From sequence record SRR31156797_3395: 58,011 nt of DNA. One strand, written 5' to 3'. Positions 28,738-37,695 of this stretch are shown here, piece after piece; the stretch's first letter is position 1; every line of letters starts with the position of its first letter. Below the pieces are notes generated by a model. It made no database searches, was not told where the DNA came from, and saw nothing but the letters and a program-made list of their open reading frames with translations. The position numbers were made by a program, and so were the translations under genes.

Positions 28738-30504
28738 ATGAAAAGATTATTTATATACATACTCATTCTGGGCGCACTTGCTGCCTGCCAGACAACGAAC
28801 ACAAATCCGAAAGTAGAGAGTGTCAAACCAGCAGAACTGGACACATTTACCTTCACCCCATTCGAGTACCCAAAATTTTCTGAAGAGATTAAAGAAAACC
28901 TAGATATCTATCTTGTGGTTCATAAAGATCATACCTTTCGCTTTGGTCCGCATGATGCGAGCTATGGAAGATATGACGTTATAAAAATGGTTGAAAACAG
29001 CAGATTTGACTACTACGTCAAACTCTTCACCGGAAGATACAAAAATTCATTCCAGAAATGGCTCGACAGATCTAACGAATACATCTACATCGTCCGTGAC
29101 ATCCTCCGCAGAGAGGGCGTACCGGAAGAGCTGGTTTACCTCCCGTTCACAGAGAGCGGCTTTAACCCTGCTATACGCTCAAGGGCTGGCGCATGCGGAA
29201 TGTGGCAGTTTATGAAGGGTACAGGGCGAGCATACGGGCTTAAAAGTAATTTCTGGGTGGAAGAACGCAGAGACTTTGAAAAATCTACCGTAGCGGCTGC
29301 AAGACACCTTCAGGATCTTTACGACAGATTCGGCGACTGGTATCTCGCAATGGCCGCCTATAACGCAGGATCAGGAAAAATACTAAAAGCTATCCGCCGA
29401 TATAAAACAAGAGACTTCTTCAAAATGAGCCAGCGCCGTTACAGATACCTCAAACTTGAAACGAAAGATTACGTTCCGAAGTATCTCGCACTCAGATATC
29501 TTGTCAGAAACTATCAGGAATTCGGCTTTGAAACACCAGACGGCAAGCCGCAGCTTTTCGACAGGATAACACTCTATCGTCAGGCTAATCTTTACGTTAT
29601 CTCAAGCATGACAGAGACAGACATAGAGACCATCAGAGAGCTTAATCCAGAGCTCATGACGCCTATGACGCCGCCTGTAGAGGAATATTCTCTGCGCATC
29701 CCATACGGCAAACGTGAAAAGCTGGAGCGTGAGCTTGAACATATCACAGATGATGAGTTAGCTCAGTTCAATGTTGTTTTTGCCAAAAAAGGTAGAAGGA
29801 TATCCCGCTACGCAAAAAAATACGGCATGAAAACAAGCGAACTTAAACGAATTAACGGACTTAGGCATAACGTAGTATTACGTGACACTTACCTGTTCAT
29901 ACCTATAAAAGAAGTTTTTGATTCTGAGCTTAACGAACAATTTGTTCAGGAGCTTAAAAGATATAATCCTAAGGTACACATAGTCCGTCGTGGCGACAAT
30001 ATGTATAAAATCGCCCACAAATACGGCATGTCTCTATACGAACTCATGGCACTCAACAGGGGCGTAAAAGCTAAGCTTATAAGACCAGGGCAGAGCATCA
30101 TCGTCTCTGATTCCTACTATAACGCACGAAATAAGCGTAAAGCTCCTAAAAAAAGATATGCGTCAAAACCTAAATCAGGGAACTACACTCAGATACGCCA
30201 TAAGGTGCGCTACGGTGAAAGCCTCTGGAGCATCGCCAGCAAATACGGTACAACAATAGGTCAGATAAAATCGAGCAACGGACTGAGAGGCAATGTCATT
30301 CAGCCCGGCAAAAGGCTGACAGTTTTTAACTATAAAGCGAAATCGAAATCTGTTAAAAACACCAAAGGGAAATATACTGTGCGGTATGGTGACAACCTAT
30401 GGACTATTGCAAAACGCTTCGGCACAAGTGTTAAGCGTATAAAACAGAAAAATAATATTAGAAGCAACAACATACATCCGGGTTCCGTACTAGTAATTGA
30501 CTAG
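28738..30504 (+). CDS. mltD: Membrane-bound lytic murein transglycosylase D-like (SLT + LysM repeats)
   Basis: Lipobox LAAC, TESGF, AGACGMWQFM, AAYNAG, ETKDYVPK, at least 3 clear LysM repeats. Confidence 0.9.
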   Translation: MKRLFIYILILGALAACQTTNTNPKVESVKPAELDTFTFTPFEYPKFSEEIKENLDIYLVVHKDHTFRFGPHDASYGRYDVIKMVENSRFDYYVKLFTGRYKNSFQKWLDRSNEYIYIVRDILRREGVPEELVYLPFTESGFNPAIRSRAGACGMWQFMKGTGRAYGLKSNFWVEERRDFEKSTVAAARHLQDLYDRFGDWYLAMAAYNAGSGKILKAIRRYKTRDFFKMSQRRYRYLKLETKDYVPKYLALRYLVRNYQEFGFETPDGKPQLFDRITLYRQANLYVISSMTETDIETIRELNPELMTPMTPPVEEYSLRIPYGKREKLERELEHITDDELAQFNVVFAKKGRRISRYAKKYGMKTSELKRINGLRHNVVLRDTYLFIPIKEVFDSELNEQFVQELKRYNPKVHIVRRGDNMYKIAHKYGMSLYELMALNRGVKAKLIRPGQSIIVSDSYYNARNKRKAPKKRYASKPKSGNYTQIRHKVRYGESLWSIASKYGTTIGQIKSSNGLRGNVIQPGKRLTVFNYKAKSKSVKNTKGKYTVRYGDNLWTIAKRFGTSVKRIKQKNNIRSNNIHPGSVLVID

Positions 30505-30514
30505 GAGTTTAAAA

Positions 30515-31471
30515 TTGAAAGAAGACATTTTAAAACTCGCCAGAAATGTAATCGACATCGAAGCTGAGGCGCTCACAACCCTCAGAAACAGACTGGACGA
30601 CAACTTTGTTAAGGCTGTTGACCTTATAAGAAGCTCTGAGGGCAGGCTTGTTGTCTGTGGAATGGGCAAATCTGGTCACATAGCGCATAAAATTTCTGCC
30701 ACACTCGCCAGCACAGGCACACCAAGCTTTTACATGCACCCAGGGGAAGCTTACCACGGCGACCTCGGTATGCTCACGAATGATGATGTCATTATGCTTA
30801 TATCAAACTCCGGCGAGACAGATGAGATAGTAAAACTTCTCCCTACTCTTAAACATAGAAATATTCCAATAATATCAATAACAAGTGACTCAGAGTCCAC
30901 ACTCAGTAAGCTTAGCGACTGTAACCTTAACATAGGTGAGCAGAACGAAGCGTGCCTCCTTGGGCTTGCACCCACAACATCGACAACATCAACACTAGTC
31001 ATGGGCGACGCACTATCAGTCTGCCTCATGCAGATGAATAACTTTAAGCCTGAAAATTTTGCAATGTTTCACCCAGGCGGAAGCCTCGGACGCAAGCTGC
31101 TCACAAAAGTACGTGATATAATGGTTAGTAACAACCTCCCCATCATATCAACAGACACTACATTTGTTGATATATTACAAACAATTACCAAATGCAGGCT
31201 CGGCATATGTATTGTCATGGATAAAGATAATCTCATGGGCATAATTACTGACGGTGACCTCCGCCGTGCTCTTCTAAAATCTGACAAACCTAGATTCGAC
31301 ATCAGCGCAACAGATATGATGACAACTTCGCCGGTAACAATCGATGCGGATGAAAATGCAGGCACCATCGAAGCTATTATGATAGAAAAAAAGATCAACG
31401 AACTTGTAGTTACTGAAAACGGCAAAGTCGTCGGTATAGTTCAGCTTTACGATATCGGAAACATCAGCTAA
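30515..31471 (+). CDS. kdsD: Arabinose-5-phosphate isomerase (KdsD/KpsF/GutQ; SIS + CBS)
   Basis: [46 protein letters not shown] before TTG 30515. Confidence 0.92.
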   Translation: MKEDILKLARNVIDIEAEALTTLRNRLDDNFVKAVDLIRSSEGRLVVCGMGKSGHIAHKISATLASTGTPSFYMHPGEAYHGDLGMLTNDDVIMLISNSGETDEIVKLLPTLKHRNIPIISITSDSESTLSKLSDCNLNIGEQNEACLLGLAPTTSTTSTLVMGDALSVCLMQMNNFKPENFAMFHPGGSLGRKLLTKVRDIMVSNNLPIISTDTTFVDILQTITKCRLGICIVMDKDNLMGIITDGDLRRALLKSDKPRFDISATDMMTTSPVTIDADENAGTIEAIMIEKKINELVVTENGKVVGIVQLYDIGNIS

Positions 31472-31481
31472 GGAGTCTCAT

Positions 31482-32264
31482 ATGCTTTACGAGAAGATCA
31501 GATCGGGAATGTTTGTCATGGCTGGCTCATGTGTTATCGAGAGTGAAGACACCACCATGCGCATAGCTGAATCAGTTAAGAAAATCAGCGAAGAGCTCGG
31601 TTTTACATACATTTTCAAATCTTCATTTGATAAGGCTAACCGCACATCGATAGACTCTTACAGAGGTCCCGGACTCGACGAAGGACTTAAAATGCTCCAG
31701 AAGGTGAAGGACAGATTTGAGCTACCAGTTGTAACCGATATACACGAACCTTATCAGGCTGCACCTGTGGCGGAAGTGGCTGATATATTACAGATACCTG
31801 CATTTCTATGCAGACAGACAGACCTGCTTGTAGCGGCGGCAAAAACTGATAAAATCATTAACATAAAGAAAGCTCAGTTCCTCGAAGGTTCTGATATGCT
31901 TTACCCTCTTCAGAAGGTTGAGCAGTCTGGCAATAAGCAGATAATGCTCACCGAGCGAGGCTCAATGTTCGGTCCGGGAAGGCTTGTGGTGGACTTCACC
32001 CAGATAGTTGACATGAAAAAGTTCGGCTACCCTGTTGTGATGGATGTTACTCACTCAACCCAGAGACCAGGCGGCGGTGCGACATCAGGCGGAAAGCCGG
32101 AATATGCCCCATATATTGCAAAAGCAGCTATGGCTGTTGGTGTTGATGGATTCTTCTTTGAGGTTCACCCAGAGCCGAAAGAGGCTCTCTCAGACGGAAG
32201 CAACATGGTTAAGCTGGATACGTTTAAAGAGCTATTAAGTAATACTTTTTCTATTGATAGCTAA
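31482..32264 (+). CDS. kdsA: KDO-8-phosphate synthase
   Basis: [41 protein letters not shown]-terminal Cys (AGSC) as in metal-dependent enzymes. Confidence 0.96.
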   Translation: MLYEKIRSGMFVMAGSCVIESEDTTMRIAESVKKISEELGFTYIFKSSFDKANRTSIDSYRGPGLDEGLKMLQKVKDRFELPVVTDIHEPYQAAPVAEVADILQIPAFLCRQTDLLVAAAKTDKIINIKKAQFLEGSDMLYPLQKVEQSGNKQIMLTERGSMFGPGRLVVDFTQIVDMKKFGYPVVMDVTHSTQRPGGGATSGGKPEYAPYIAKAAMAVGVDGFFFEVHPEPKEALSDGSNMVKLDTFKELLSNTFSIDS

Positions 32265-32269
32265 ATCAC

Positions 32270-32295
32270 AGATTCTTCACTCAGTTCAGAATGAC
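32270..32295. repeat. Right half of a palindromic element
   Basis: AGATTCTTCACTCAGTTCAGAATGAC; no matching left end visible. Confidence 0.5.
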
Positions 32296-32360
32296 GTGAG
32301 GCAAGTGACCAACGGAAACGATAATATTAGGCTTATTAGTAAACGGTAGCAATATAGTTA

Positions 32361-33140
32361 TTAGCCTCTAGGTGCTGACCTGGTAATCACTGCATAAGCG
32401 CTGTGGTTATGTATAGATTCTATATTCTCGCTTGAGACTTCGAACCACGTAACCCTTTCCTCTTCCAAAAGTTTCTGGGCAACATTCCTTACAACATCTT
32501 CTACGAATGCCGGATTATTATAGGACTGTTCAGTAACAAACTTTTCATCTTCACGTTTAAGGAGAGGATATATAGGCGAACTGCCGCAGGATTCTGCAAG
32601 CTCTATAAGCTCCTCTATCCAGATCATCTTTTTCATACGAACGCTGATAGATATGAAACTGCGCTGGTTGTGGGCACCGTATTCACTTATCTCTTTCGAG
32701 CATGGGCAGAGTGTCATCACAGGAACTTTGATCGTAAGCACCTGATCACGCCCATCCTTGCCAGACGAACCGACATAACGGCACTGATAATCCATGAGTG
32801 CTTCCTGACCAGAGACAGGCGCTTTCTTCTTCATGAAATAGTCGAAGCTAAGCTCTATAAAAGCCTCTTCGCTCTCTAAGCGCTCTTTCATCTCAGTGAG
32901 TATATCACCCACGGTATTAAGGTTTATATCTGCTGAATGCCTGCTGAGAATATCAACAAAGCGGGACATGTGCGTCCCTTTGAAATTGTGCGGAAGCTTT
33001 ACATACATATTGATAAGTGCAACAGTGTGCTGACTGCCACGCTCTTTATCTGAGAGCACGATAGGATATTTGATGTCCTTTATTCCGACCTTGTCTATAT
33101 CTAAATTGCGGTTATCCTGCTCATTCTGGATATCTTTCAA
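32361..33140 (-). CDS. folE2: GTP cyclohydrolase I type FolE2
   Basis: KGTHMSRF, TLCPCSKEIS..GAHNQR, LKREDEK, FVEDVVR, ESIHNHSA. Confidence 0.96.
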   Translation of the reverse strand: MKDIQNEQDNRNLDIDKVGIKDIKYPIVLSDKERGSQHTVALINMYVKLPHNFKGTHMSRFVDILSRHSADINLNTVGDILTEMKERLESEEAFIELSFDYFMKKKAPVSGQEALMDYQCRYVGSSGKDGRDQVLTIKVPVMTLCPCSKEISEYGAHNQRSFISISVRMKKMIWIEELIELAESCGSSPIYPLLKREDEKFVTEQSYNNPAFVEDVVRNVAQKLLEEERVTWFEVSSENIESIHNHSAYAVITRSAPRG

Positions 33141-33142
33141 TA

Positions 33143-33865
33143 TTACTTTCTCTTCATTCTCTGGTTCATAAGAAACTGCTGATACTGCTGCCCGCCCTGT
33201 GGGTTCTTACCGCCGAGGTGCATCTGTAGCCAGTAGTTACCGTAGTTCTGCATTTTGAGCTTTTTGCCGTTCTGAACAGAGTCGAGGTTAGAAGCGAGTC
33301 TCTCATCTATAGGATTCTTCTGAACGCCCTTATTAAGAACTTCGAGAGCCTTGTCTCTGTCGCCCTTTTCAACAAGCATCCAAGCGTAAAGTGCATACAT
33401 AAAGCCCTCTTTCGGAGCACCCTTGATACCTTTATCCATAGTTTTACGAACAAGATCCATATCGCCTTTCTTATAAGCGGTTGCCGCCTTCATAGACATA
33501 GCCATCCAGTTTTTAGAGAAAGCTTTAGCGAGATATCCCTCAGCCTCATCAAACTTTTTACTTGTGTAGTAGAGGATACCTATCTGTGAATCGATCTGCT
33601 CTCTCACCATAAACTGCCAGTTAGCATACTTATATCCGCTTTTGAGTTTTTCTACAGCTTTCTCAACACGTCCAGCCTGAATATCCTTCTCCGTAGCACC
33701 AAAAAGCTCGGTAAGTTTCCCCATCATCTTCTTACCTATAAAGAAGTTAAGTCCGAGGATACCGACAACTAAAATAGCGAGCGGCCAGAATATTTTGTAA
33801 GTGAGGAAGTAAAGTCCGAGTGACGCTGCTGTGGATATAGCAACCGAAATAATGAGCGTGTACAT
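33143..33865 (-). CDS. Membrane-anchored TPR-containing hypothetical protein
   Basis: Two N-terminal TM helices followed by TPR-like helical repeats; AGGAG RBS. Confidence 0.75.
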   Translation of the reverse strand: MYTLIISVAISTAASLGLYFLTYKIFWPLAILVVGILGLNFFIGKKMMGKLTELFGATEKDIQAGRVEKAVEKLKSGYKYANWQFMVREQIDSQIGILYYTSKKFDEAEGYLAKAFSKNWMAMSMKAATAYKKGDMDLVRKTMDKGIKGAPKEGFMYALYAWMLVEKGDRDKALEVLNKGVQKNPIDERLASNLDSVQNGKKLKMQNYGNYWLQMHLGGKNPQGGQQYQQFLMNQRMKRK

Positions 33866-33902
33866 CTATGTTTCTCCTGAATTATCTGATTAATGAGGCT
33901 GA

Positions 33903-33930
33903 ATTATAGCATCAGTGCTGAATAATTCAA
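33903..33930 (-). promoter_or_regulatory. Sigma70 promoter with extended -10 for TPR gene-folE2, embedded in an inverted repeat
   Basis: Minus strand TTGAAT-16 bp-TATAAT with TG at the extended -10 position. Confidence 0.55.
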
Positions 33931-34015
33931 CACAAAGTAGCACTTTGATGCATATCACTATACTGTAAAATATTTTGCACAGCCTCTCTTTACGTCTACC
34001 GGTTGCCGACTGATG

Positions 34016-34342
34016 TCAAAAGGCTCCCATGATATGGGTTATCTCGCCACCATCGATGGATATAACGTCAAACCGGCAAGGTTTTTCACCCTTTTCAGAC
34101 ATATATATCTGTGCTGTTTTGATAAGCTTTTCCTGCTTCCTCGCAGTGACAGACTCGTAGCCCAGCCCAAACTTTGCAGAGCTTCTCGCCTTCACCTCAA
34201 CAAAAATAAGCTCATCATCTTTCTTAGCGATTAGGTCTATCTCGCCAAACTTTGAGCGGTAGTTCATCTCTATGACGTGATACCCCTTCTTTTTAAGGTA
34301 AGATGCCGCCCTTTTCTCGCCTGATCTACCAATCCCGATCAT
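34016..34342 (-). CDS. YraN family (UPF0102) endonuclease-like protein
   Basis: G..GE..A, GEIDLIA, FVEVK, RFDVI. Confidence 0.92.
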   Translation of the reverse strand: MIGIGRSGEKRAASYLKKKGYHVIEMNYRSKFGEIDLIAKKDDELIFVEVKARSSAKFGLGYESVTARKQEKLIKTAQIYMSEKGEKPCRFDVISIDGGEITHIMGAF

Positions 34343-34890
34343 ATAAAATTCCCGCAGAATGAAACTCTGTGCAGTGGTGTCAGACCTATCTCTCTGATCT
34401 TCTCTGTGTGAACCTTAGAGCCATACCCTTTGTTGGAGTACCAGCCGTAATCAGGGTAATCTGTGTGGTGGTGTGTCATGAGCGCATCACGGTAAACCTT
34501 AGCAATAATAGACGCCGCCGCAACGCACTGAAACTTATCCTCCGCCTTGAACGGATTCTCCATAGGGACTTTGATTCCCTCAAGCTTAACAGCATCCACA
34601 ATAACCTTATCGTAAGCGGTCTCTATCTGGCTGAGAGCAATCATCATCGCCTTTTTAGTGGAGGGAACTATGCCGAACTCGTCTATCTCTTCGTTGCTCA
34701 CAGCACCAATGCCAAAAGCCAGAGCGTGCTCACGGACAACACCGTCCATAAGCTTGCGCTTCTTCTCAGAAATCTTCTTCGAATCGACCAGCCTATCGTC
34801 TGAAAAATCAGCTGGCAAAAGCACAGCAGCAGCCACAACAGGCCCCGCCAGACACCCTCTGCCGACCTCATCTATACCTACAATGAGCAT
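34339..34890 (-). CDS. rnhB: Ribonuclease HII
   Basis: GIDEVGRGCLAGPV, DSKK, AAASIIAKV.RD, NKGYG, HRVSF. Confidence 0.96.
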   Translation of the reverse strand: MLIVGIDEVGRGCLAGPVVAAAVLLPADFSDDRLVDSKKISEKKRKLMDGVVREHALAFGIGAVSNEEIDEFGIVPSTKKAMMIALSQIETAYDKVIVDAVKLEGIKVPMENPFKAEDKFQCVAAASIIAKVYRDALMTHHHTDYPDYGWYSNKGYGSKVHTEKIREIGLTPLHRVSFCGNFI

Positions 34891-35541
34891 TTAGCCCTTC
34901 TTCGCCTTGATCATCTTCTCTATGTAAGCGGCGATATCATCAAGCCCCTCACCTGTCTTACATGAAGTTTTAAAAACCTCAAGGTCAGGCTTGATACCTT
35001 TCGCATAATCGATACATTTATCCATATCAAAATCGACATAAGGGAGGAGATCCGTTTTATTAATAATAAAAGCTGAACCGACACGGAACATTACAGGATA
35101 TTTGATGGGCTTATCCTCGCCCTCAGTTGTTGAAAGCACAATAACCTTCGCATCTTCGCCCAGATCAAACTGTGAAGGGCATACAAGGTTGCCTACATTC
35201 TCAATGATTAACAGGTCGAGATCAAACCCAAGCTCTGCCATACCTTTCTCAACGTCAGTCGCCTCAAGGTGGCATGCACGTCCGGTATTCACCTGATATG
35301 CGGTAACACCTGTCGCCTCTATCCTATCTGCATCGTTTGATGTCTGCTGGTCACCTTCGATAACGGCGACATTATACTTATCCTTAAGCATCACAAGAAC
35401 TTTCTCAAGGATGCTCGTCTTCCCGCTTCCCGGTGATGAAACGAAGTTAAGGACACAAACACCATCGAATTTTTTACGGAGCACATCCGCAAGTTTATCA
35501 TTCTTCTCTAATATCTTAGCTTTTACGTCTACCATACCCAT
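34891..35541 (-). CDS. hypB: Hydrogenase nickel incorporation GTPase HypB (short form)
   Basis: SSPGSGKT, IEGD, TGRACHL, ENVGNLVCP, EGEDKPIKYP, NKTDL; GAGGTGG RBS before ATG 35541. Confidence 0.94.
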   Translation of the reverse strand: MGMVDVKAKILEKNDKLADVLRKKFDGVCVLNFVSSPGSGKTSILEKVLVMLKDKYNVAVIEGDQQTSNDADRIEATGVTAYQVNTGRACHLEATDVEKGMAELGFDLDLLIIENVGNLVCPSQFDLGEDAKVIVLSTTEGEDKPIKYPVMFRVGSAFIINKTDLLPYVDFDMDKCIDYAKGIKPDLEVFKTSCKTGEGLDDIAAYIEKMIKAKKG

Positions 35542-35542
35542 A

Positions 35543-35887
35543 TCAATCCACCTCAATCTCTGTTATCGCAAGCTCTTCACCAGTGAGAATCTCCACCTCA
35601 AACGACCCGCACTTGCTGCAAGCAAAGAACATCTCGTCATAAGTGTCTGTCACCCCGCACTTCTGGCACTTGCCGGTTATCTGTACATCTTCGATGATAA
35701 GCTCTGATTCTTTTATCAGGCTGTATTCCTCTTTGATAGCGTCGTATGCGAAGAGCAGAGAGTCATTCTCTATCGCCGCTAACCTGCCTATCTTCACGAA
35801 GACCTTATTCACTTTTTCCGCTTTATTTTTTCCGGCGGTATCGAGAACAATCTCAATAAGGCTCGCCGCAATACTCGCTTCATGCAT
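35543..35887 (-). CDS. hypA: Hydrogenase nickel metallochaperone HypA
   Basis: MHE N-terminus, two CxxC, GEEL. Confidence 0.94.
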   Translation of the reverse strand: MHEASIAASLIEIVLDTAGKNKAEKVNKVFVKIGRLAAIENDSLLFAYDAIKEEYSLIKESELIIEDVQITGKCQKCGVTDTYDEMFFACSKCGSFEVEILTGEELAITEIEVD

Positions 35888-35901
35888 GTTCCACCATTTG
35901 T

Positions 35902-35986
35902 GTCATTGCGGGCGTAAGTGAAGCATCTTCCAATTTCATAAACGTAACAAACCTGAAAGATCACTTCGGCTCTGCCTCGTGATGAC
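35902..35986. repeat. Palindromic intergenic element (full, diverged copy)
   Basis: GTCATTGCGGG...CTCGTGATGAC ends; internal GAAGCATCT/AGATCACTTC pairing. Confidence 0.62.
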
Positions 35987-36603
35987 TATTTATTCTTTAT
36001 TCCGTATTTAGTCAGCTTAATCAGCTCGTAAACACGATCGACCTCAGCCCTCATCTCATCAAGACCTGCTGAGTTATCTATTACATAATGGGCAAATTTC
36101 AGCTTTTCGTCTATAGATAATTGTGAACTAATGATCGATTCAGCTTCTTCTTTTGATATGCTGTCACGCTCCATCACCCTCTTTAGCTGAGTCTCCGGAT
36201 CGACATAGACAACAATAAGTTTGTCGAATCTGTCCTGTGTTCCCGCTTCAACGGTAACTGCCGCCTGAGTGATAATTATCGCCTTATCGTCACGACCTTT
36301 GATGCGCCCGATCTCTCTCCGCTCATATTCTAAAATAGCCGGCTGAACTATCTGCTCAAGCTTTCTGCGCATCTCCGGCTTTTCGAAAACTATCTTACGG
36401 ATGTGTGCTCTGTTTAGGGTTTTATCTTCTGCTAAAACAGACTCACCAAACAGCTCAACAATCTCATCGTAAGCCTTCTGCCCCGGCTCCATAACGACAC
36501 GGCTGATGCTGTCAGCATCGATGCTGTAGCAACCAAGTTCTTCGAAATATTTAGCGGCTGTGCTTTTACCAGAGGCGATATTGCCTGTCAGACCTATGTA
36601 CAT
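35986..36603 (-). CDS. coaE: Dephospho-CoA kinase
   Basis: GLTGNIASGKST, IDAD, LNR, VIDN. Confidence 0.93.
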   Translation of the reverse strand: MYIGLTGNIASGKSTAAKYFEELGCYSIDADSISRVVMEPGQKAYDEIVELFGESVLAEDKTLNRAHIRKIVFEKPEMRRKLEQIVQPAILEYERREIGRIKGRDDKAIIITQAAVTVEAGTQDRFDKLIVVYVDPETQLKRVMERDSISKEEAESIISSQLSIDEKLKFAHYVIDNSAGLDEMRAEVDRVYELIKLTKYGIKNK

Positions 36604-36612
36604 ATATAACCT

Positions 36613-36864
36613 TTAGACATCGTAAACTTTTCTGAATATTTTAACCTTGTCTTCGTTACGCAGACCGTCAACGAGTACGCAAAGTTCATCCGGCTGATAG
36701 CCTTTGCATCCCCAAGGACGCTTTTCATAGATGGTGCAAAGATTATCATCAGAGAGATATTCGCACCTTTCACCCGCTTTCTTACCTATCTCTTTTATGT
36801 CGTAAGCTGTACAACACGTCCCACACGTCAGGCACGCCTGCTTCTTATCACTAGGCTGAGACAA
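36613..36864 (-). CDS. YkgJ family Cys-cluster protein (CxxCxxCC)
   Basis: CLTCGTCC, C..L...CTIYEKRPWGC. Confidence 0.85.
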   Translation of the reverse strand: MSQPSDKKQACLTCGTCCTAYDIKEIGKKAGERCEYLSDDNLCTIYEKRPWGCKGYQPDELCVLVDGLRNEDKVKIFRKVYDV

Positions 36865-36916
36865 CTTACTATACTCCCACGCTTTGCGCCTTCCTTCGGT
36901 CGGCTGATATCATGGG

Positions 36917-37678
36917 TTACTTCTCGTCTACGATCTTATTGCTGAGGCAACCGATACCTTTAATCTCAACCTCGACAACATCACCAGCATCAACTCTTCC
37001 GACTCCGGCAGGAGTACCCGTAGCGATAACATCACCCGGGAGCAGCGTCATAATACTGCTCATGAACTCGATGATCGCAGGTATGTCGAACATCATCATA
37101 TCAGTTGTGCCGTCCTGAACAACTTCACCATTTTTGATTGTCTTAACTCTAGCTGTTCGCCAGTCGAAGTCGGTCTCTATGAAAGGTCCTATCGGAGCAA
37201 AGCTATCGAATGATTTTGCACGGGCAAATTTCGTATCTACCTTCTGTAAATCTCTCGCAGTGTAATCGTTCATGCATGTGTAACCAAAAATTACAGACTC
37301 AGCCTCTTCACGGCTAACCCTGCGGCACTTTTTGCCAATCACAACCGCAAGCTCGCCCTCGAAATCAACCTGTTCACTCTCAAAAGGGATAACAACCTCA
37401 GCTCCGTGGGCATTTACCGCTGTGGAAGGCTTAAGAAATATCATAGGAGTATCAGGAACATCATTGCCTAGCTCTTTCGCATGTGCGACATAGTTTCTCG
37501 CTATGCATAGGAATTTTGAAGGGAGGACAGGCGGAAGGAATTCCACACTGTCGATCTTGTGCTCTCTGTCAGTAATGACATAATCGTCAAACATTGAGCC
37601 TTCGATCTCTTTTATTTTACCGTCTATAAATACGCCTTTCTTTTCAACTTTTCCATCTCTGAACCTGCAAAATTTCAT
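36917..37678 (-). CDS. Fumarylacetoacetate hydrolase family protein
   Basis: RNYVAHAKE, FLKP, DFEGEL, NDYTARD, AKSFD, GDVIATGTPAGV. Confidence 0.93.
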   Translation of the reverse strand: MKFCRFRDGKVEKKGVFIDGKIKEIEGSMFDDYVITDREHKIDSVEFLPPVLPSKFLCIARNYVAHAKELGNDVPDTPMIFLKPSTAVNAHGAEVVIPFESEQVDFEGELAVVIGKKCRRVSREEAESVIFGYTCMNDYTARDLQKVDTKFARAKSFDSFAPIGPFIETDFDWRTARVKTIKNGEVVQDGTTDMMMFDIPAIIEFMSSIMTLLPGDVIATGTPAGVGRVDAGDVVEVEIKGIGCLSNKIVDEK

Positions 37679-37695
37679 ATCAGAACCTCTGTAAA

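Noticed and set aside
21615-35986. Repeats as a CRISPR array or integron attC sites
   Set aside because: Copies are dispersed and divergent, not regularly spaced; no cas or intI gene; ends are not RYYYAAC/GTTRRRY
36868-36912. 14-codon minus-strand ORF (MISADRRKAQSVGV) between the FAH and YkgJ genes
   Set aside because: Too short and without supporting signal
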